A stretch of 63,768 bases of DNA, the filler included, from Welwitschia mirabilis (taxonomy: Eukaryota), in the NCBI GenBank assembly GCA_051453625.1. It is 6 parts of one record of this genome, joined end to end, with 100 filler letters (N's around TTAATTAATTAA, not from the genome) between each part and the next. Parts side by side here need not be neighbours in the genome. Positions count along the whole stretch, not along the records: positions 8,153 to 28,707 come from JBOZIK010000001.1; 5 more parts are not named here. One strand, 5' to 3'. Positions 13,771 to 28,053 of this stretch are shown here, one piece after another. The translations under genes and the position numbers were made by a program. Under the pieces are notes generated by a model. It made no database searches. It saw nothing but the letters and a program-made list of their open reading frames with translations, and was not told the DNA's origin. Each line of letters starts with the position of its first letter. Positions within the stretch are counted from its first letter, which is position 1.

Positions 13771-16700
13771 AAGGACCTTTCTTTTGCAATTATCTAAATT
13801 CTTTCTTAATTCATTTCTTATGTAAGCATCATGTTATCCTTCAATATTTTTAACTTGACATATGTATTTACTTATAAAGTTTCCATGATTAGTAAAATTT
13901 TACTTGGGCATTTTTAATGATAAAATTAACTTCATCCAATTTTTAGATATTCGTATATCTAAGAACTTCATTTTAAAAGGAATATGCCTTGGTTCTTTTG
14001 CTTTCTTTTAATGATGTGATAAATTAGTTGTTTTAGCATGTTCTTACTTTGTTACTCATCTCATTTGTTTACTTTATCATTATAAGTACTTGGTTATGTG
14101 GAATGATACTCAGAAAAAAAAGAAAAAAATTAAAAAAAAAGAAAGAAGAAGAAAAAGAAAAAAAGCAATAAAAAACCATGCTATTTTATGTTATATCTCC
14201 AAAACATGTAATCANNNNNNNNNNNNNNNNNNNNNNNNNNNNNNNNNNNNNNNNNNNNNNNNNNNNNNNNNNNNNNNNNNNNNNNNNNNNNNNNNNNNNN
14301 NNNNNNNNNNNNNNNNNNNNNNNNNNNNNNNNNNNNNNNNNNNNNNNNNNNNNNNNNNNNNNNNNNNNNNNNNNNNNNNNNNNNNNNNNNNNNNNNNNNN
14401 NNNNNNNNNNNNNNNNNNNNNNNNNNNNNNNNNNNNNNNNNNNNNNNNNNNNNNNNNNNNNNNNNNNNNNNNNNNNNNNNNNNNNNNNNNNNNNNNNNNN
14501 NNNNNNNNNNNNNNNNNNNNNNNNNNNNNNNNNNNNNNNNNNNNNNNNNNNNNNNNNNNNNNNNNNNNNNNNNNNNNNNNNNNNNNNNNNNNNNNNNNNN
14601 NNNNNNNNNNNNNNNNNNNNNNNNNNNNNNNNNNNNNNNNNNNNNNNNNNNNNNNNNNNATGAAAAAAAATAAATTACTTTTGAGGCTATGAGAGTAGTG
14701 GTGTCCCTAATATCATTAGAGGTATTGCTTATTTTGTAGACTCATTTTTCTTTTTTTTTTTCTAGTACTTCCACATGATTACTCTACTTTTTAGATTCTA
14801 GTGTTGTTTTGATATGGCAGCTTATAAGTTCCTATCTTAAAACAGTTTTTTATCTTATCATTCAGTGTTCAATAACATTTGCATACTTGACATTATCATA
14901 ATCATTGTCTATTAGAGTGGAACTTTATGAATTTTTACATTATGTTATGCATCATTATTAGGTAATTTTATAATTGTTGTTAAGGGAATTTGTTAGATTA
15001 GCATTTAGGGTAAGAAAGTAATCTTCTTCATGTACCTAGTTATCCATTTTTATTTTTTTTTATTTAGTTTTTTTGTTGGATTTTTTTTTTGTGTTTTNNN
15101 NNNNNNNNNNNNNNNNNNNNNNNNNNNNNNNNNNNNNNNNNNNNNNNNNNNNNNNNNNNNNNNNNNNNNNNNNNNNNNNNNNNNNNNNNNNNNNNNNNNN
15201 NNNNNNNNNNNNNNNNNNNNNNNNNNNNNNNNNNNNNNNNNNNNNNNNNTATTTAAGGAGTCTTTGAGCATTGTTTTTTTTTATTTAGTTTATTTTCCTT
15301 CTCTATCATGGGATGTCCTTTAGTTTATTTTTCACTTTTTTCTTGTTTTCTATTTTCTTTCTATTGTTTTTCTATGTGTGTTTGTTTTTCGAATTTGTTT
15401 GATTTGACCTTTTTCTCTAAATAGCTTATTTGATGACTATTATCATAAACCTATTATCCAAATGACATAGGAGATAACACTCCTCCTCTATTCTTAGTGT
15501 AATTCAGGATGTCTTACTTCTTTTGGGTATTATTCTATAACTTTTAGCATAAATTTTTCATATTCTAAGCTTTCACGATCTAACTTTATGATGGGTTATT
15601 TGGATTAGTTTTTTATATTATGTGAATAAATTTAGGGAGAATTCCAAAACTTTATCTTGCAAGATATAGTAGTACACTTAGAGGTTTTCTATAGCCATGT
15701 TTTAGATCATTTAAAAATTTCCTTTATGATGATACTAATGAACTTAAATTCATCACTTTTTTGGNNNNNNNNNNNNNNNNNNNNNNNNNNNNNNNNNNNN
15801 NNNNNNNNNNNNNNNNNNNNNNNNNNNNNNNNNNNNNNNNNNNNNNNNNNNNNNNNNNNNNNNNGTTTTTCTATGTGTGTTTATTTTTCGGACTTGTTTG
15901 GTTTGACCTTTTTCTCCAAATAGCTTATTTGATGACTGTTATCCCACACCTATTGTCCAAACGACATAGGAGATTGACACTTCTCCTCTATTCTTAGTGT
16001 AATTTGGGATGTCTTACTTCTCTATTGGGGGTGTAGGACACCTTTTTGGGCATGATTTTATAATTTTTATCATAAATTTTTCATATTATAAGCTTTCACG
16101 ATTTAACTTTATGATAGGTTATTTGAATTAGTTTTTTATATTATGTGAATAAATTTATGGAGAATTCAGAAACTTTATCTTGCAGGATCTAGTAATACAC
16201 TTATAAGTTTTCTATAGCCATGTTTTAGATCATTTTAAAAAATGCTATATCTACTCTTGTCCCTTTTCTTTATGATGACACTAATTAACTTAAATTCATC
16301 ACTTTTTCGGAAGTTAGTGCTACTTAAGCCTGTCACATTAGCATTCCATGAGCCATCAAGTTACATTTTTATGATTTTTGTATGTGTATATCAATCATTT
16401 ATACTAACATGCTTAAGTAGGGGGCTTAGGAAAAGTTTTTAGCATTTGTTTCACTTACTTGTTGGTGACATCATTTTCTTACATAAATTAATAAAACTTA
16501 ATTTACATTTTTCAGCACTATTTTATCTTAGCTAAATTGGCTTACAATCTAGTTGATCACTTACTTTGTNNNNNNNNNNNNNNNNNNNNNNNNNNNNNNN
16601 NNNNNNNNNNNNNNNNNNNNNNNNNNNNNNNNNNNNNNNNNNNNNNNNNNNNNNNNNNNNNNNNNNNNNNNNNNNNNNNNNNNNNNNNNNNNNNNNNNNN

Positions 16701-18303
16701 NNNNNNNNNNNNNNNNNNNNNNNNNNNNNNNNNNNNNNNNNNNNNNNNNNNNNNNNNNNNNNNNNNNNNNNNNNNNNNNNNNNNNNNNNNNNNNNNNNNN
16801 NNNNNNNNNNNNNNNNNNNNNNNNNNNNNNNNNNNNNNNNNNNNNNNNNNNNNNNNNNNNNNNNNNNNNNNNNNNNNNNNNNNNNNNNNNNNNNNNNNNN
16901 NNNNNNNNNNNNNNNNNNNNNNNNNNNNNNNNNNNNNNNNNNNNNNNNNNNNNNNNNNNNNNNNNNNNNNNNNNNNNNNNNNNNNNNNNNNNNNNNNNNN
17001 NNNNNNNNNNNNNNNNNNNNNNNNNNNNNNNNNNNNNNNNNNNNNNNNNNNNNNNNNNNNNNNNNNNNNNNNNNNNNNNNNNNNNNNNNNNNNNNNNNNN
17101 NNNNNNNNNNNNNNNNNNNNNNNNNNNNNNNNNNNNNNNNNNNNNNNNNNNNNNNNNNNNNNNNNNNNNNNNNNNNNNNNNNNNNNNNNNNNNNNNNNNN
17201 NNNNNNNNNNNNNNNNNNNNNNNNNNNNNNNNNNNNNNNNNNNNNNNNNNNNNNNNNNNNNNNNNNNNNNNNNNNNNNNNNNNNNNNNNNNNNNNNNNNN
17301 NNNNNNNNNNNNNNNNNNNNNNNNNNNNNNNNNNNNNNNNNNNNNNNNNNNNNNNNNNNNNNNNNNNNNNNNNNNNNNNNNNNNNNNNNNNNNNNNNNNN
17401 NNNNNNNNNNNNNNNNNNNNNNNNNNNNNNNNNNNNNNNNNNNNNNNNNNNNNNNNNNNNNNNNNNNNNNNNNNNNNNNNNNNNNNNNNNNNNNNNNNNN
17501 NNNNNNNNNNNNNNNNNNNNNNNNNNNNNNNNNNNNNNNNNNNNNNNNNNNAGATAGTCCTTGTGACAGAAAAACTAAGATCTAATTGGAATCCATTACA
17601 TTTTTATTTCCTTTCACTGCATTTCATTTTCATTCACTTGCATTACATTTACTTGTTTATTTTCGTCTAGTTTTTATAAGATAAAAGATCCAAAAATATA
17701 TTGGAAATCAATTTTCTAACTCTAAGCCTAGTGCTTTTATTGGTATTATGATATTCAGGTGAACTCCCATTTATACTAGCATGTGTCTTNNNNNNNNNNN
17801 NNNNNNNNNNNNNNNNNNNNNNNNNNNNNNNNNNNNNNNNNNNNNNNNNNNNNNNNNNNNNNNNNNNNNNNNNNNNNNNNNNNNNNNNNTTTCCATTCTA
17901 CTTCATATTGTAGTCATCATTCTACTTGGTAGATTTCATAGTTTATGATGGTTAAAAACTAGTTAAATGCTCTTCTGAATTGTTCTAAATTATAATGAAG
18001 ATAGTTCTTGTAATAGAAAAACTAAGATCTAAGTGGAATCCATTACATTTTCATTTTCTTTCACTGCATTTCATCTCCATTCACTTGCATTACATTTACT
18101 TGTTTATTTACTTATAGTTTTTATAAGATAAAAGATCCAAAAATATATTGGAAATCAATTTTCTAACTCTAAGCCTAGTGCTTTTGTTGGGATTATGACA
18201 TTCAGGTGAACTCCCGTCTATACTAGCGTGTGTTTTTTTCAAGTCATTTGATTTATAAGTTTACCTAAAGGACTTCAGGCTTATATAAATTCACACTGCA
18301 ACA
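12534..18303 (+). mobile_element. Athila-like element, 3' part (integrase C-terminus, 3'UTR, PPT-like AAGTAGGGGG at ~16415-16424, 3' LTR ending ..CACTGCAACA)
   Basis: An integrase remnant is followed by long non-coding DNA, a purine tract, and an LTR whose CAACA end at 18303 abuts Copia coding sequence. Several gaps and duplicated blocks lie inside. Confidence 0.7.
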
Positions 18304-21020
18304 TTGTCTCATTTGCAAATTTTTGGATCTAAATGTTATGTTAAAAATAGGAAGCCTGATCAATATAAATTAGAACCTAGATCAAAATATTATATTTTTC
18401 TTGGTTACTCTAGTGAAAGTAAGGCTTATGGATGTTATAATTCACATTTCAAAAAGGTTTGAGAATGTATTAATGTGAAATTCATGCCTTTTGAATCATC
18501 TAATCCTATTTCTACTACTGATGATAATGATTCTTGTGGTGTCATATCTAGTGAATCTAAAGATGATAATGATGAGTAAATAGCACTTGAACAAACCCCT
18601 ATTGATGGCACAAGTCCTAGTACAAATAAAATGTCCATTCCTACACAAAGTCAAGGTGGAAATGAAACCAAAAATTTTCCTAAATTGTAGGATCAAAATA
18701 TTGATACTCACTCAAAACATAAGAGGATAACCTCTTATCATGATCTATCCAACATCATAGGTCCTAGTGAAGCTCCTATAAGAACAAGAAGTTAGCAAAC
18801 TCTTAGTGTAATCTTAAAAGCTAAGATATGCGATAACATTCTAAAATATTATTTAGCTTTACGATGTGNNNNNNNNNNNNNNNNNNNNNNNNNNNNNNNN
18901 NNNNNNNNNNNNNNNNNNNNNNNNNNNNNNNNNNNNNNNNNNNNNNNNNNNNNNNNNNNNNNNNNNNNNNNNNNNNNNNNNNNNNNNNNNNNNNNNNNNN
19001 NNNNNNNNNNNNNNNNNNNNNNNNNNNNNNNNNNNNNNNNNNNNNNNNNNNNNNNNNNNNNNNNNNNNNNNNNNNNNNNNNNNNNNNNNNNNNNNNNNNN
19101 NNNNNNGGCATAGATTATGATGAAACTTATGCTCCTATTGCTTGTCTTAAATCTATTAGAGATTTTCTTACCTGTGCTTCCAAAAATTGTATGATTGTTT
19201 CACAAATGGATGTCAAATCTACCTTCCTGAATGGGGTTCTTGAAGAAGAGGTATACATCTCACAACCCTAAGGTTTTATAAAATAAGATATAGAAAATCA
19301 TGTTTATTTATTAAAAAATACATTTTATGATTGGAAACAAGCCCCATGGACTTGGTTCTCAANNNNNNNNNNNNNNNNNNNNNNNNNNNNNNNNNNNNNN
19401 NNNNNNNNNNNNNNNNNNNNNNNNNNNNNNNNNNNNNNNNNNNNNNNNNNNNNNNNNNNNNNTTTATGATTGGAAACAAGCCCCATGGACTTGGTTCTCA
19501 AGGCTAGATTCTTATATATGAAATCATGGTTATAAGAAATGTTATTTTGAAAATACTTTGTATAAGAAAGCCATTAAAGGCCATTCAATTTTTATCTTAA
19601 TCTATGTTGATGATATAATATTTGATGGCACAGATAAGAAGTTGATTGACAAGTTCAAGAATGATATGACAAGAGAGTTTCAAATGACTAATATTGGCCA
19701 ACTCTCTTATTTCNNNNNNNNNNNNNNNNNNNNNNNNNNNNNNNNNNNNNNNNNNNNNNNNNNNNNNNNNNNNNNNNNNNNNNNNNNNNNNNNNNNNNNN
19801 NNNNNNNNNNNNNACATTGCATGGTTGGAAACAAGCCCCAAGGACTTGGTTCTCAAGGCTAGATTCTTATATATGAAATCATGGTTACAAGAAATGTTAT
19901 TCTGAAAATACTTTGTATAAGAAAGACATTAAAGGTCATTTAATTTTTATCTTAATCTATGTTGATGATATAGTATTTAATGGCACAGATAAGAAGTTTA
20001 TTAACAAGTTCAAGAATGATATGATAAGAGAGATTCAAATGACTAATCTTGGCCAGCTCTCTTATTATNNNNNNNNNNNNNNNNNNNNNNNNNNNNNNNN
20101 NNNNNNNNNNNNNNNNNNNNNNNNNNNNNNNNNNNNNNNNNNNNNNNNNNNNNNNNNNNNNNNNNNNNGACTAATCTTGGCCAACTCTCTTATTTCTTTG
20201 AATTCAGATTCAGTAAAACCCAAGAGGCATATTCTTAAATCAAGGTAAATATGCTTTTTACATGTTAAAAAATTTGATATGCATGAATGCAAATCTATCT
20301 ACTATCCTTTATCAACTAATCACAAAATCAAAAGGGACATGAAGGAAGATGAGGTTGATAAGAACACCTATAGATCTATGATTGGTAGTTTAATATATCT
20401 AACTGCAACTCATGTTGATATTCAATATGCTATTAGCTTGATGTCTAGATTTATGACTTGTCTAAGAAAGACTCATCTTGATTTTCTTAAAATAATATTA
20501 CTTTATATTGAAGACGCATTGGATTATAGACTCTTTTATAAGATAAATAACAATATCAAATTGTTAGATATGTTGATGCAAATTGGGCTAGCAGTCTCAA
20601 TTATTGAAAAAGAACAAAAGGATATGCAATGCTTTTTGGAGGAAGCCTTTTCTCATGGTCAAGTAAAAAAAAATCTTTTATGGCTCTTTCTACCACTAAA
20701 GCAGAGTACATAACAGTTCATTTAGCAAGCCAACAGTTGGCATGACTTAATAAATTGCTTGAAGATTTTACTATTCTTGTTAAAAAGCCTATACATCTGC
20801 TATGTGATGGTGCTTCTACTATAGCAATTTCCAAGAATCCAGTCATGCATGCAAGAACCAAGCACATCAATATAAAGTTTCATTTCATTTGAAATCTAAT
20901 TAAAGATGGACTTATTATTCTTGATTATTATCCCTCCAAGTTATAACTTGCTAATTTTTTATGAAATCCCTAGATAAGAAAAGATTCCAAGATTTGAGAG
21001 AGAGGTTGTAAATCCTTAAC
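18304..21020 (+). pseudogene. pol: Ty1/Copia pol remnant (integrase C-term/SH3-like, RT, RNase H), possibly SIRE lineage
   Basis: HLQIFGSKCYV..KLEPRS..IFLGYSSESKAY; GIDYDETYAP; QMDVKSTFLNG; KQAPRTW; IYVDDI; YRSMIGSLIYLT; ALSTTKAEY; KNPVMHARTKHINIKFHF. Stops, frameshifts and gap-associated duplications are present. Confidence 0.93.
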
Positions 21021-24000
21021 ATTCAAGTCAAGCAAGAGAAGTAATTAACAGGTAAAACTTTTCTAGTTCTTGTTCTAATTCCTATTTATTTAAGTGATTA
21101 TTTTACATAATTATGAAGTTACAACTATGTGATTTAAAGTTTCTAAGTCATGGAGTCATCAACATGAGTGTTTTGCATTTTGACCTTAATGTTAAGGAAG
21201 AGTTTGAAGAGATATTATGATATGCCATTAAGATCATAATNNNNNNNNNNNNNNNNNNNNNNNNNNNNNNNNNNNNNNNNNNNNNNNNNNNNNNNTTGCA
21301 TTTCTTATTGTGTGTATCTACATTCATCTCATAACTTAAAATGATTACTAAATCCTAATTTTATGGTCACATTTATTTTGAAGTTATGAACTCTTTTCTT
21401 AAATTGTAGTATAATATCTATCATGTTAAATATTCAAAAAAAAATTCTTATTAGCTTTTATCCTACTAATTCATAAATAATATTTTAAGATTCCTTTGTT
21501 AACCATAAATAAAGAAGCATTTGGAAATAGTACTTCTTTTTCAAACCTAATATGGTGAAGCTAAAATTTTAAGGTCTAGGTTAAAATAATTTCTCTCCTC
21601 TATGACAAGAACTTATTTCTCGTTTACCATTACCTCCCCTCTTTACATCCTACTGTCTGCCATGGCGTTATATTCCTAGACATTTGTTATCTCCTCTGCA
21701 CTCATCTTCTCACTCCATTTCTTCCTCTTTTTCACTAGTGTTACCCTAATCTACTATTTCCCAGCGCAGATCTTCTGAGAAGATTATCAAGCTAGCTTCT
21801 ATGAAACCATAGAGACATACAATTACTTCAAGAGATGAGGCTTTCTCTCTATAAGACGCTTGATGGTTTTGGCCTAAAATGATAGAAATATACTAAAAGA
21901 AAGTATCCTTCACCTTTACCAAAGACATTTTAAATTTCTAAGAGCCTCTAGCCTTCCATGCATAGCATTTCATAGAAAGAATCACTGAAACCCTCGAATG
22001 ATAAAACCTNNNNNNNNNNNNNNNNNNNNNNNNNNNNNNNNNNNNNNNNNNNNNNNNNNNNNNNNNNNNNNNNNNNNNNNNNNNNNNNNNNNNNNNNNNN
22101 NNNNNNNNNTTGGCCTGAAATGATAGCAATATACTGAATGAAAGTATCCTTCACCTTCACCAAAGACATTTCAAATTTCTAAGAGCCTCTAGCCTTTCAT
22201 GCATAGCATTTCATAGAAAGAATTACTGAAACCCTCTAATGATGAAATCTCGCATTGAAATTTGCAACCAATGTTATTTCGCCAAATGCACATCTGCTAA
22301 GAAAGGACACTCCTAAGAGGAAGGGAACTCTTGAGAGATAAAAATCCATAGAAATGAAAATGCGAGGCCACTGGAGAATTTACACTCATGCACAGATTTG
22401 ACACTGAGAAGACAGTAGCAAACCCATCACCTATAGAGAATGCAATATGTTCAACAATCCTACTAACTTGACCTATAAGGAAGTCAATCGTGATATTCTA
22501 TGACCCAATGCTTCACTATTACCACTGCTAAGGACATTAGTACCCTCAACTGAGAGCACTTCCTTCATGGTTTACTCTTTTTTGTTATGGAAAATATTCT
22601 TAATAATCAAAGGGGATAGCGAAGATGGTAGCATTTAAAGATAAAATAGTCGTTTCCTTGTTTTTTATTAGACATTACTGAAACCAAGGATGAAATTCTT
22701 TTCTATGTTCTCCACTTGATCTTCACTTTCAAATTTGAGGGATTTTACAATTTTTAAATGTCATTAGATTTAATGGATATTGTGTTATTACTTAAATAAA
22801 TTCATGATTGATGAAGTTGGGATTGGTTAGAATTATTCAAGTCATTGTAAGAATTAGAGTGCCTCCATGGCTAGGAGCTTGAAAGCACCCTTAAAAAAAT
22901 TGTTGAATTAGTTTTTTTTTGAAAGGCACAGACATAGTGAATCGCTATTATATTCAAATAATGCTTGTTTGTTTTTATCATGATAAAGTTTCATCTCTGG
23001 TCATCCAAGCAGGCATAGCAATAAGTACTTTCTTCTTTATAAGAAAAGAAGACATGGATTATCCATTTCAAAATCCCACATCCTAATGGCAGAACAAAGA
23101 AATCAAGAGGTACAAGAGCATTTGTGCAATCTCATCTATTATTTGAAAATAAAATGGTGAAGNNNNNNNNNNNNNNNNNNNNNNNNNNNNNNNNNNNNNN
23201 NNNNNNNNNNNNNNNNNNNNNNNNNNNNNNNNNNNNNNNNNNNNNNNNNNNNNNNNNNNNNNNNNNNNNNNNNNNNNNNNNNNNNNNNNNNNNNNNNNNN
23301 NNNNNNNNNNNNNTCTAAAAAATCTTATCAAAGCCTTATCCTTGCCAAATTAAGCTTTGGATAATTTATTTAAGGGGCATGCTCTCTCAGTAAAAGTGTG
23401 TGGGATGTTGAAATAAAAGCTCCTCTTTCTCTATGATTTCTAATCTGAGTCTTGAAAAGAGCAACCAATATTCTGACCATGCCTAGATCTAGGCCATTGT
23501 GTGATATACAAAAACATCCAGAAAGCATAGATCCATCTCAGGCTCTTGCATTACATCTACATCAGATTNNNNNNNNNNNNNNNNNNNNNNNNNNNNNNNN
23601 NNNNNNNNNNNNNNNNNNNNNNNNNNNNNNNNNNNNNNNNNNNNNNNNNNNNNNNNNNNNNNNNNNNNNNNNNNNNNNNNNNNNNNNNNNNNNNNNNNNN
23701 NNNNNNNNNNNNNNNNNNNNNNNNNNNNNNNNNNNNNNNNNNNNNNNNNNNNNNNNNNNNNNNNNNNNNNNNNNNNNNNNNNNNNNNNNNNNNNNNNNNN
23801 NNNNNNNNNNNNNNNNNNNNNNNNNNNNNNNNNNNNNNNNNNNNNNNNNNNNNNNNNNNNNNNNNNNNNNNNNNNNNNNNNNNNNNNNNNNNNNNNNNNN
23901 NNNNNNNNNNNNNNNNNNNNNNNNNNNNNNNNNNNNNNNNNNNNNNNNNNNNNNNNNNNNNNNNNNNNNNNNNNNNNNNNNNNNNNNNNNNNNNNNNNNN

Positions 24001-26171
24001 NNNNNNNNNNNNNNNNNTTTTTTCTTTTTTTTAGGTTAGCAATGCATAAACAATCAATATCTGAAATAGAAACTAATGAGACTTAATCATAAAATAATAG
24101 GATAATAAGCAAAATCTTGTCTTCTTTAAGCTAGCATCCTCCAGAATGTAATGATAGGTCTAAAAAATCTCATCAAAGCCTTATCCTTACCAAATTAAGC
24201 TTTGGAGAATTTATTTAAAGGGCATGCTCTCTTAGTAAAAGTGTGTGGGATGTTGAAATAAAAGCTCCTCATTCTCTATGATTTCTACTCTGAGTCTTAA
24301 AAAGAGCAACTAATATTCTGACCATGTCTAGATCTAGTGCTATTGTGTGATATACAAAAACATCCAGAAAGCATAGATCCATCTCAGGCTCTTGCATTAT
24401 ATCTACATCAGATTCAGAGATAGTATAGATCCATCTCAATCATTTACAATGATTGCAGAGGCTACAAAAATCTAGGTTTTAATTTTTCTCTTATTCAATT
24501 AATTTGTATAAATCTTAGTCGAGAAAGATTAGTATTAGAAACAAAATCAAAAGCTTTTCTATATGTATTCATTTAACTTCTAGTGTGAATTTCCAGATTT
24601 CATCAGAAAGATAAATAATTTAACAAGCCCTCATATGTATTCTTAATCAATGACAATTGAAAATAATAACAGTTTTATTTTATGACACTTTCACAAGAAC
24701 TACTATCATACACTTTCGTAAAGTAGGAGCGTTTGAATTTTGATGAATATTTTTTACATTCTGTTTATAATCATGGGTTACTTGAACTTTTAAAAAATAC
24801 TACATGGACAGTGTTAACATGTAAAAATTAACATTTATCTCAAGTATATGAGGGTAATTTATCATAGTGAAGACATTAATTTAATTGGTTTAATTATAAA
24901 AATATGTCTTTAGCTATTTTCTATATCATAACTAATCTTAATGCATTTCCCCATGATATTTTTAGGAATTTTACAACATTTTAAAGTATGTGGCATAAAA
25001 TGGAGATAAATTGGTAGAAAATGTCAATAGTGGTTACTTATATAGTAGTGTTGGTCATTTAATGAAACTTTACTTTAAACATACATTTTAAAACCATATT
25101 GGAAATGTGATTAACTTCTAGTTATAAGCTAAATTAGTTACTACATTAGAAATAACCATTATTGATAGTCACATGTGGTGGTGATGGGGGTGATAATATT
25201 AGAGGCATATGATGAAACTATTAGTTGGTAGAGGCTTCATGATCTAAAGACCAAGTTTTAAACTCATACTAATAATCTCCATCAAATACAACAAGATGAA
25301 ATATCTGATCATCCTACCTAATGCTACATGATAAAAAATTATGTCTACTCACATAATACTAAAAGCCAAAGATTCCAACCATCCCAATCTTATGTTTTCC
25401 TATAAAAAGGACTAAGCAATCCTTATTGTGAGGATACTTTAGTGGAAAAATCTTTGAAGAAGAGAATTCTTCAGAATGTATTTCTAAGCTTGTTATTTGG
25501 AAGTATGCTAGCTTTGAGGCTAGTGTTGATGAATCTATATCAACTACATTCTTTTTTTAGTGTAACATANNNNNNNNNNNNNNNNNNNNNNNNNNNNNNN
25601 NNNNNNNNNNNNNNNNNNNNNNNNNNNNNNNNNNNNNNNNNNNNNNNNNNNNNNNNNNNNNNNNNNNNNNNNNNNNNNNNNNNNNNNNNNNNNNNNNNNN
25701 NNNNNNNNNNNNNNNNNNNNNNNNNNNNNNNNNNNNNNNNNNNNNNNNNNNNNNNNNNNNNNNNNNNNNNNNNNNNNNNNNNNNNNNNNNNNNNNNNNNN
25801 NNNNNNNNNNNNNNNNNNNNNNNNNNNNNNNNNNNNNNNNNNNNNNNNNNNNNNNNNNNNNNNNNNNNNNNNNNNNNNNNNNNNNNNNNNNNNNNNNNNN
25901 NNNNNNNNNNNNNNNNNNNNNNNNNNNNNNNNNNNNNNNNNNNNNNNNNNNNNNNNNNNNNNNNNNNNNNNNNNNNNNNNNNNNNNNNNNNNNNNNNNNN
26001 NNNNNNNNNNNNNNNNNNNNNNNNNNNNNNNNNNNNNNNNNNNNNNNNNNNNNNNNNNNNNNNNNNNNNNNNNNNNNNNNNNNNNNNNNNNNNNNNNNNN
26101 NNNNNNNNNNNNNNNNNNNNNNNNNNNNNNNNNNNNNNNNNNNNNNNNNNNNNNNNNNNNNNNNNNNNNNN

Positions 26172-28011
26172 GTAAAACCCTAAATTTCTATAGTTGAAAA
26201 TCTTCAAACTTGATGCTCTAATACCAAAATGTGATGCTTGCATTTATAAATTTAAACTTATAAACGTTACTTATTTTACCAAAGGATTATGACCTCATCA
26301 TTCCCCTCTACCATATGTATTAATTATGAAATAACACACAATTTTAATAAAAATCTAGCACATGAAAACTCCTAATTTTAATACGCTTTATAAATATAAA
26401 TTTTATAGTAATTAATAATTAATAATTAATGATACCCCTCATCAAGCTTATGTATAGTAGATGTTAAATATTTTTGGAAGAAAGAGAGAAACATATGACT
26501 TTTTCTTGAGACTTTATTTTTAATAAATAGACAATAATATCACATTAAAGGCATGATATCAGATTTTAAATATTTTTGGAAGAAAGAGAGAAACATATAA
26601 ATTTTTCTTGAGATTTCATTTTTAATAAATAGATAATAATATCACATTAAAGGCATAATACTAATTTTAACTCTCACAGTTAGACTATTAATCTTAAAGA
26701 AATGATTGCATGTGGCATCTAAAAGAAATTGCTAGCTTCAGACATTAATGAAAACTAATTCAAAAAAAGGAAATCACAATTAATGTTCAATAAATCTTTT
26801 GAGGTAATTACATAATTGAAGATTTGAAATTTTCGATAAAAATTTCTCAAGAAAATCATGAAGAATATTTGATCAAATTATCATATTTCATTGCCTATGT
26901 ATATATAAGAAAAGATCTTCTTACATATTTGCTCAGNNNNNNNNNNNNNNNNNNNNNNNNNNNNNNNNNNNNNNNNNNNNNNNNNNNNNNNNNNNNNNNN
27001 NNNNNNNNNNNNNNNNNNNNNNNNNNNNNNNNNNNNACATTTTCTTGAGATTTTATTTTTAATAAATAGACAATAATATCACATTAAAGGCATAATACTA
27101 ATTTTTAATACTCACAGTTAGACTATTAATCTTAAAGAAATGATTGCATGTGGCGCCTTAAAAAAATTACTATCTTTAGACATTAATGAAAACTAATTTA
27201 AAAAAAGGAAATTACAATTAATGTTTAATACATCTTTTGAGGTAATTACATAACTGAAGATTCGAAATTTTCGAGAAAAATTTNNNNNNNNNNTTATCAA
27301 GAAAATCATGAAGAATATTTGATCAAATTATCATATTTCATTGCCTATGTATATACAAGAAAAGATGTTCTTACACATTTGCTCAGTGAATCAATTGAGA
27401 AATTTCATAAAACTACAAGATAAACACATAATGAGATAGAAATTAACTATCAATGCATATCCATGAAATGTTATTTAAGAGAGGTATAATATATCCTCAA
27501 ATCACAGTCTTATAGTACTAAAATTTTAGAATTTATGAAGGATTACAAGATTATTCAACAAAATTTCCAATAATACTAAAATATTAATCCTTCATATTAT
27601 CATGCTCACAGCGGCAATTATACTTCCAAATTTTTCCACTTGTTATACAAAAGTATGGGATGATAACTGTAAAAATATCATAGCTTCCAGTATGGTCTAG
27701 GCAAGGGTAGGTAAAATAGAAAGGNNNNNNNNNNNNNNNNNNNNNNNNNNNNNNNNNNNNNNNNNNNNNNNNNNNNNNNNNNNNNNNNNNNNNNNNNNNN
27801 NNNNNNNNNNNNNNNNNNNNNNNNNNNNNNNNNNNNNNNNNNNNNNNNNNNNNNNNNNNNNNNNNNNNNNNNNNNNNNNNNNNNNNNNNNNNNNNNNNNN
27901 NNNNNNNNNNNNNNNNNNNNNNNNNNNNNNNNNNNNNNNNNNNNNNNNNNNNNNNNNNNNNNNNNNNNNNNNNNNNNNNNNNNNNNNNNNNNNNNNNNNN
28001 NNNNNNNNNNN

Positions 28012-28053
<42 letters not shown>

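Noticed and set aside
16537-17670. Long ORFs in the supplied track (also 14090, 25442, 36286, 48358 etc.)
   Set aside because: They consist almost entirely of X from N gaps.
22920-24480. Possible gene remnant in a slightly less AT-rich tract
   Set aside because: No frame gave a recognisable or sustained peptide, and the region is broken by gaps and a duplication.
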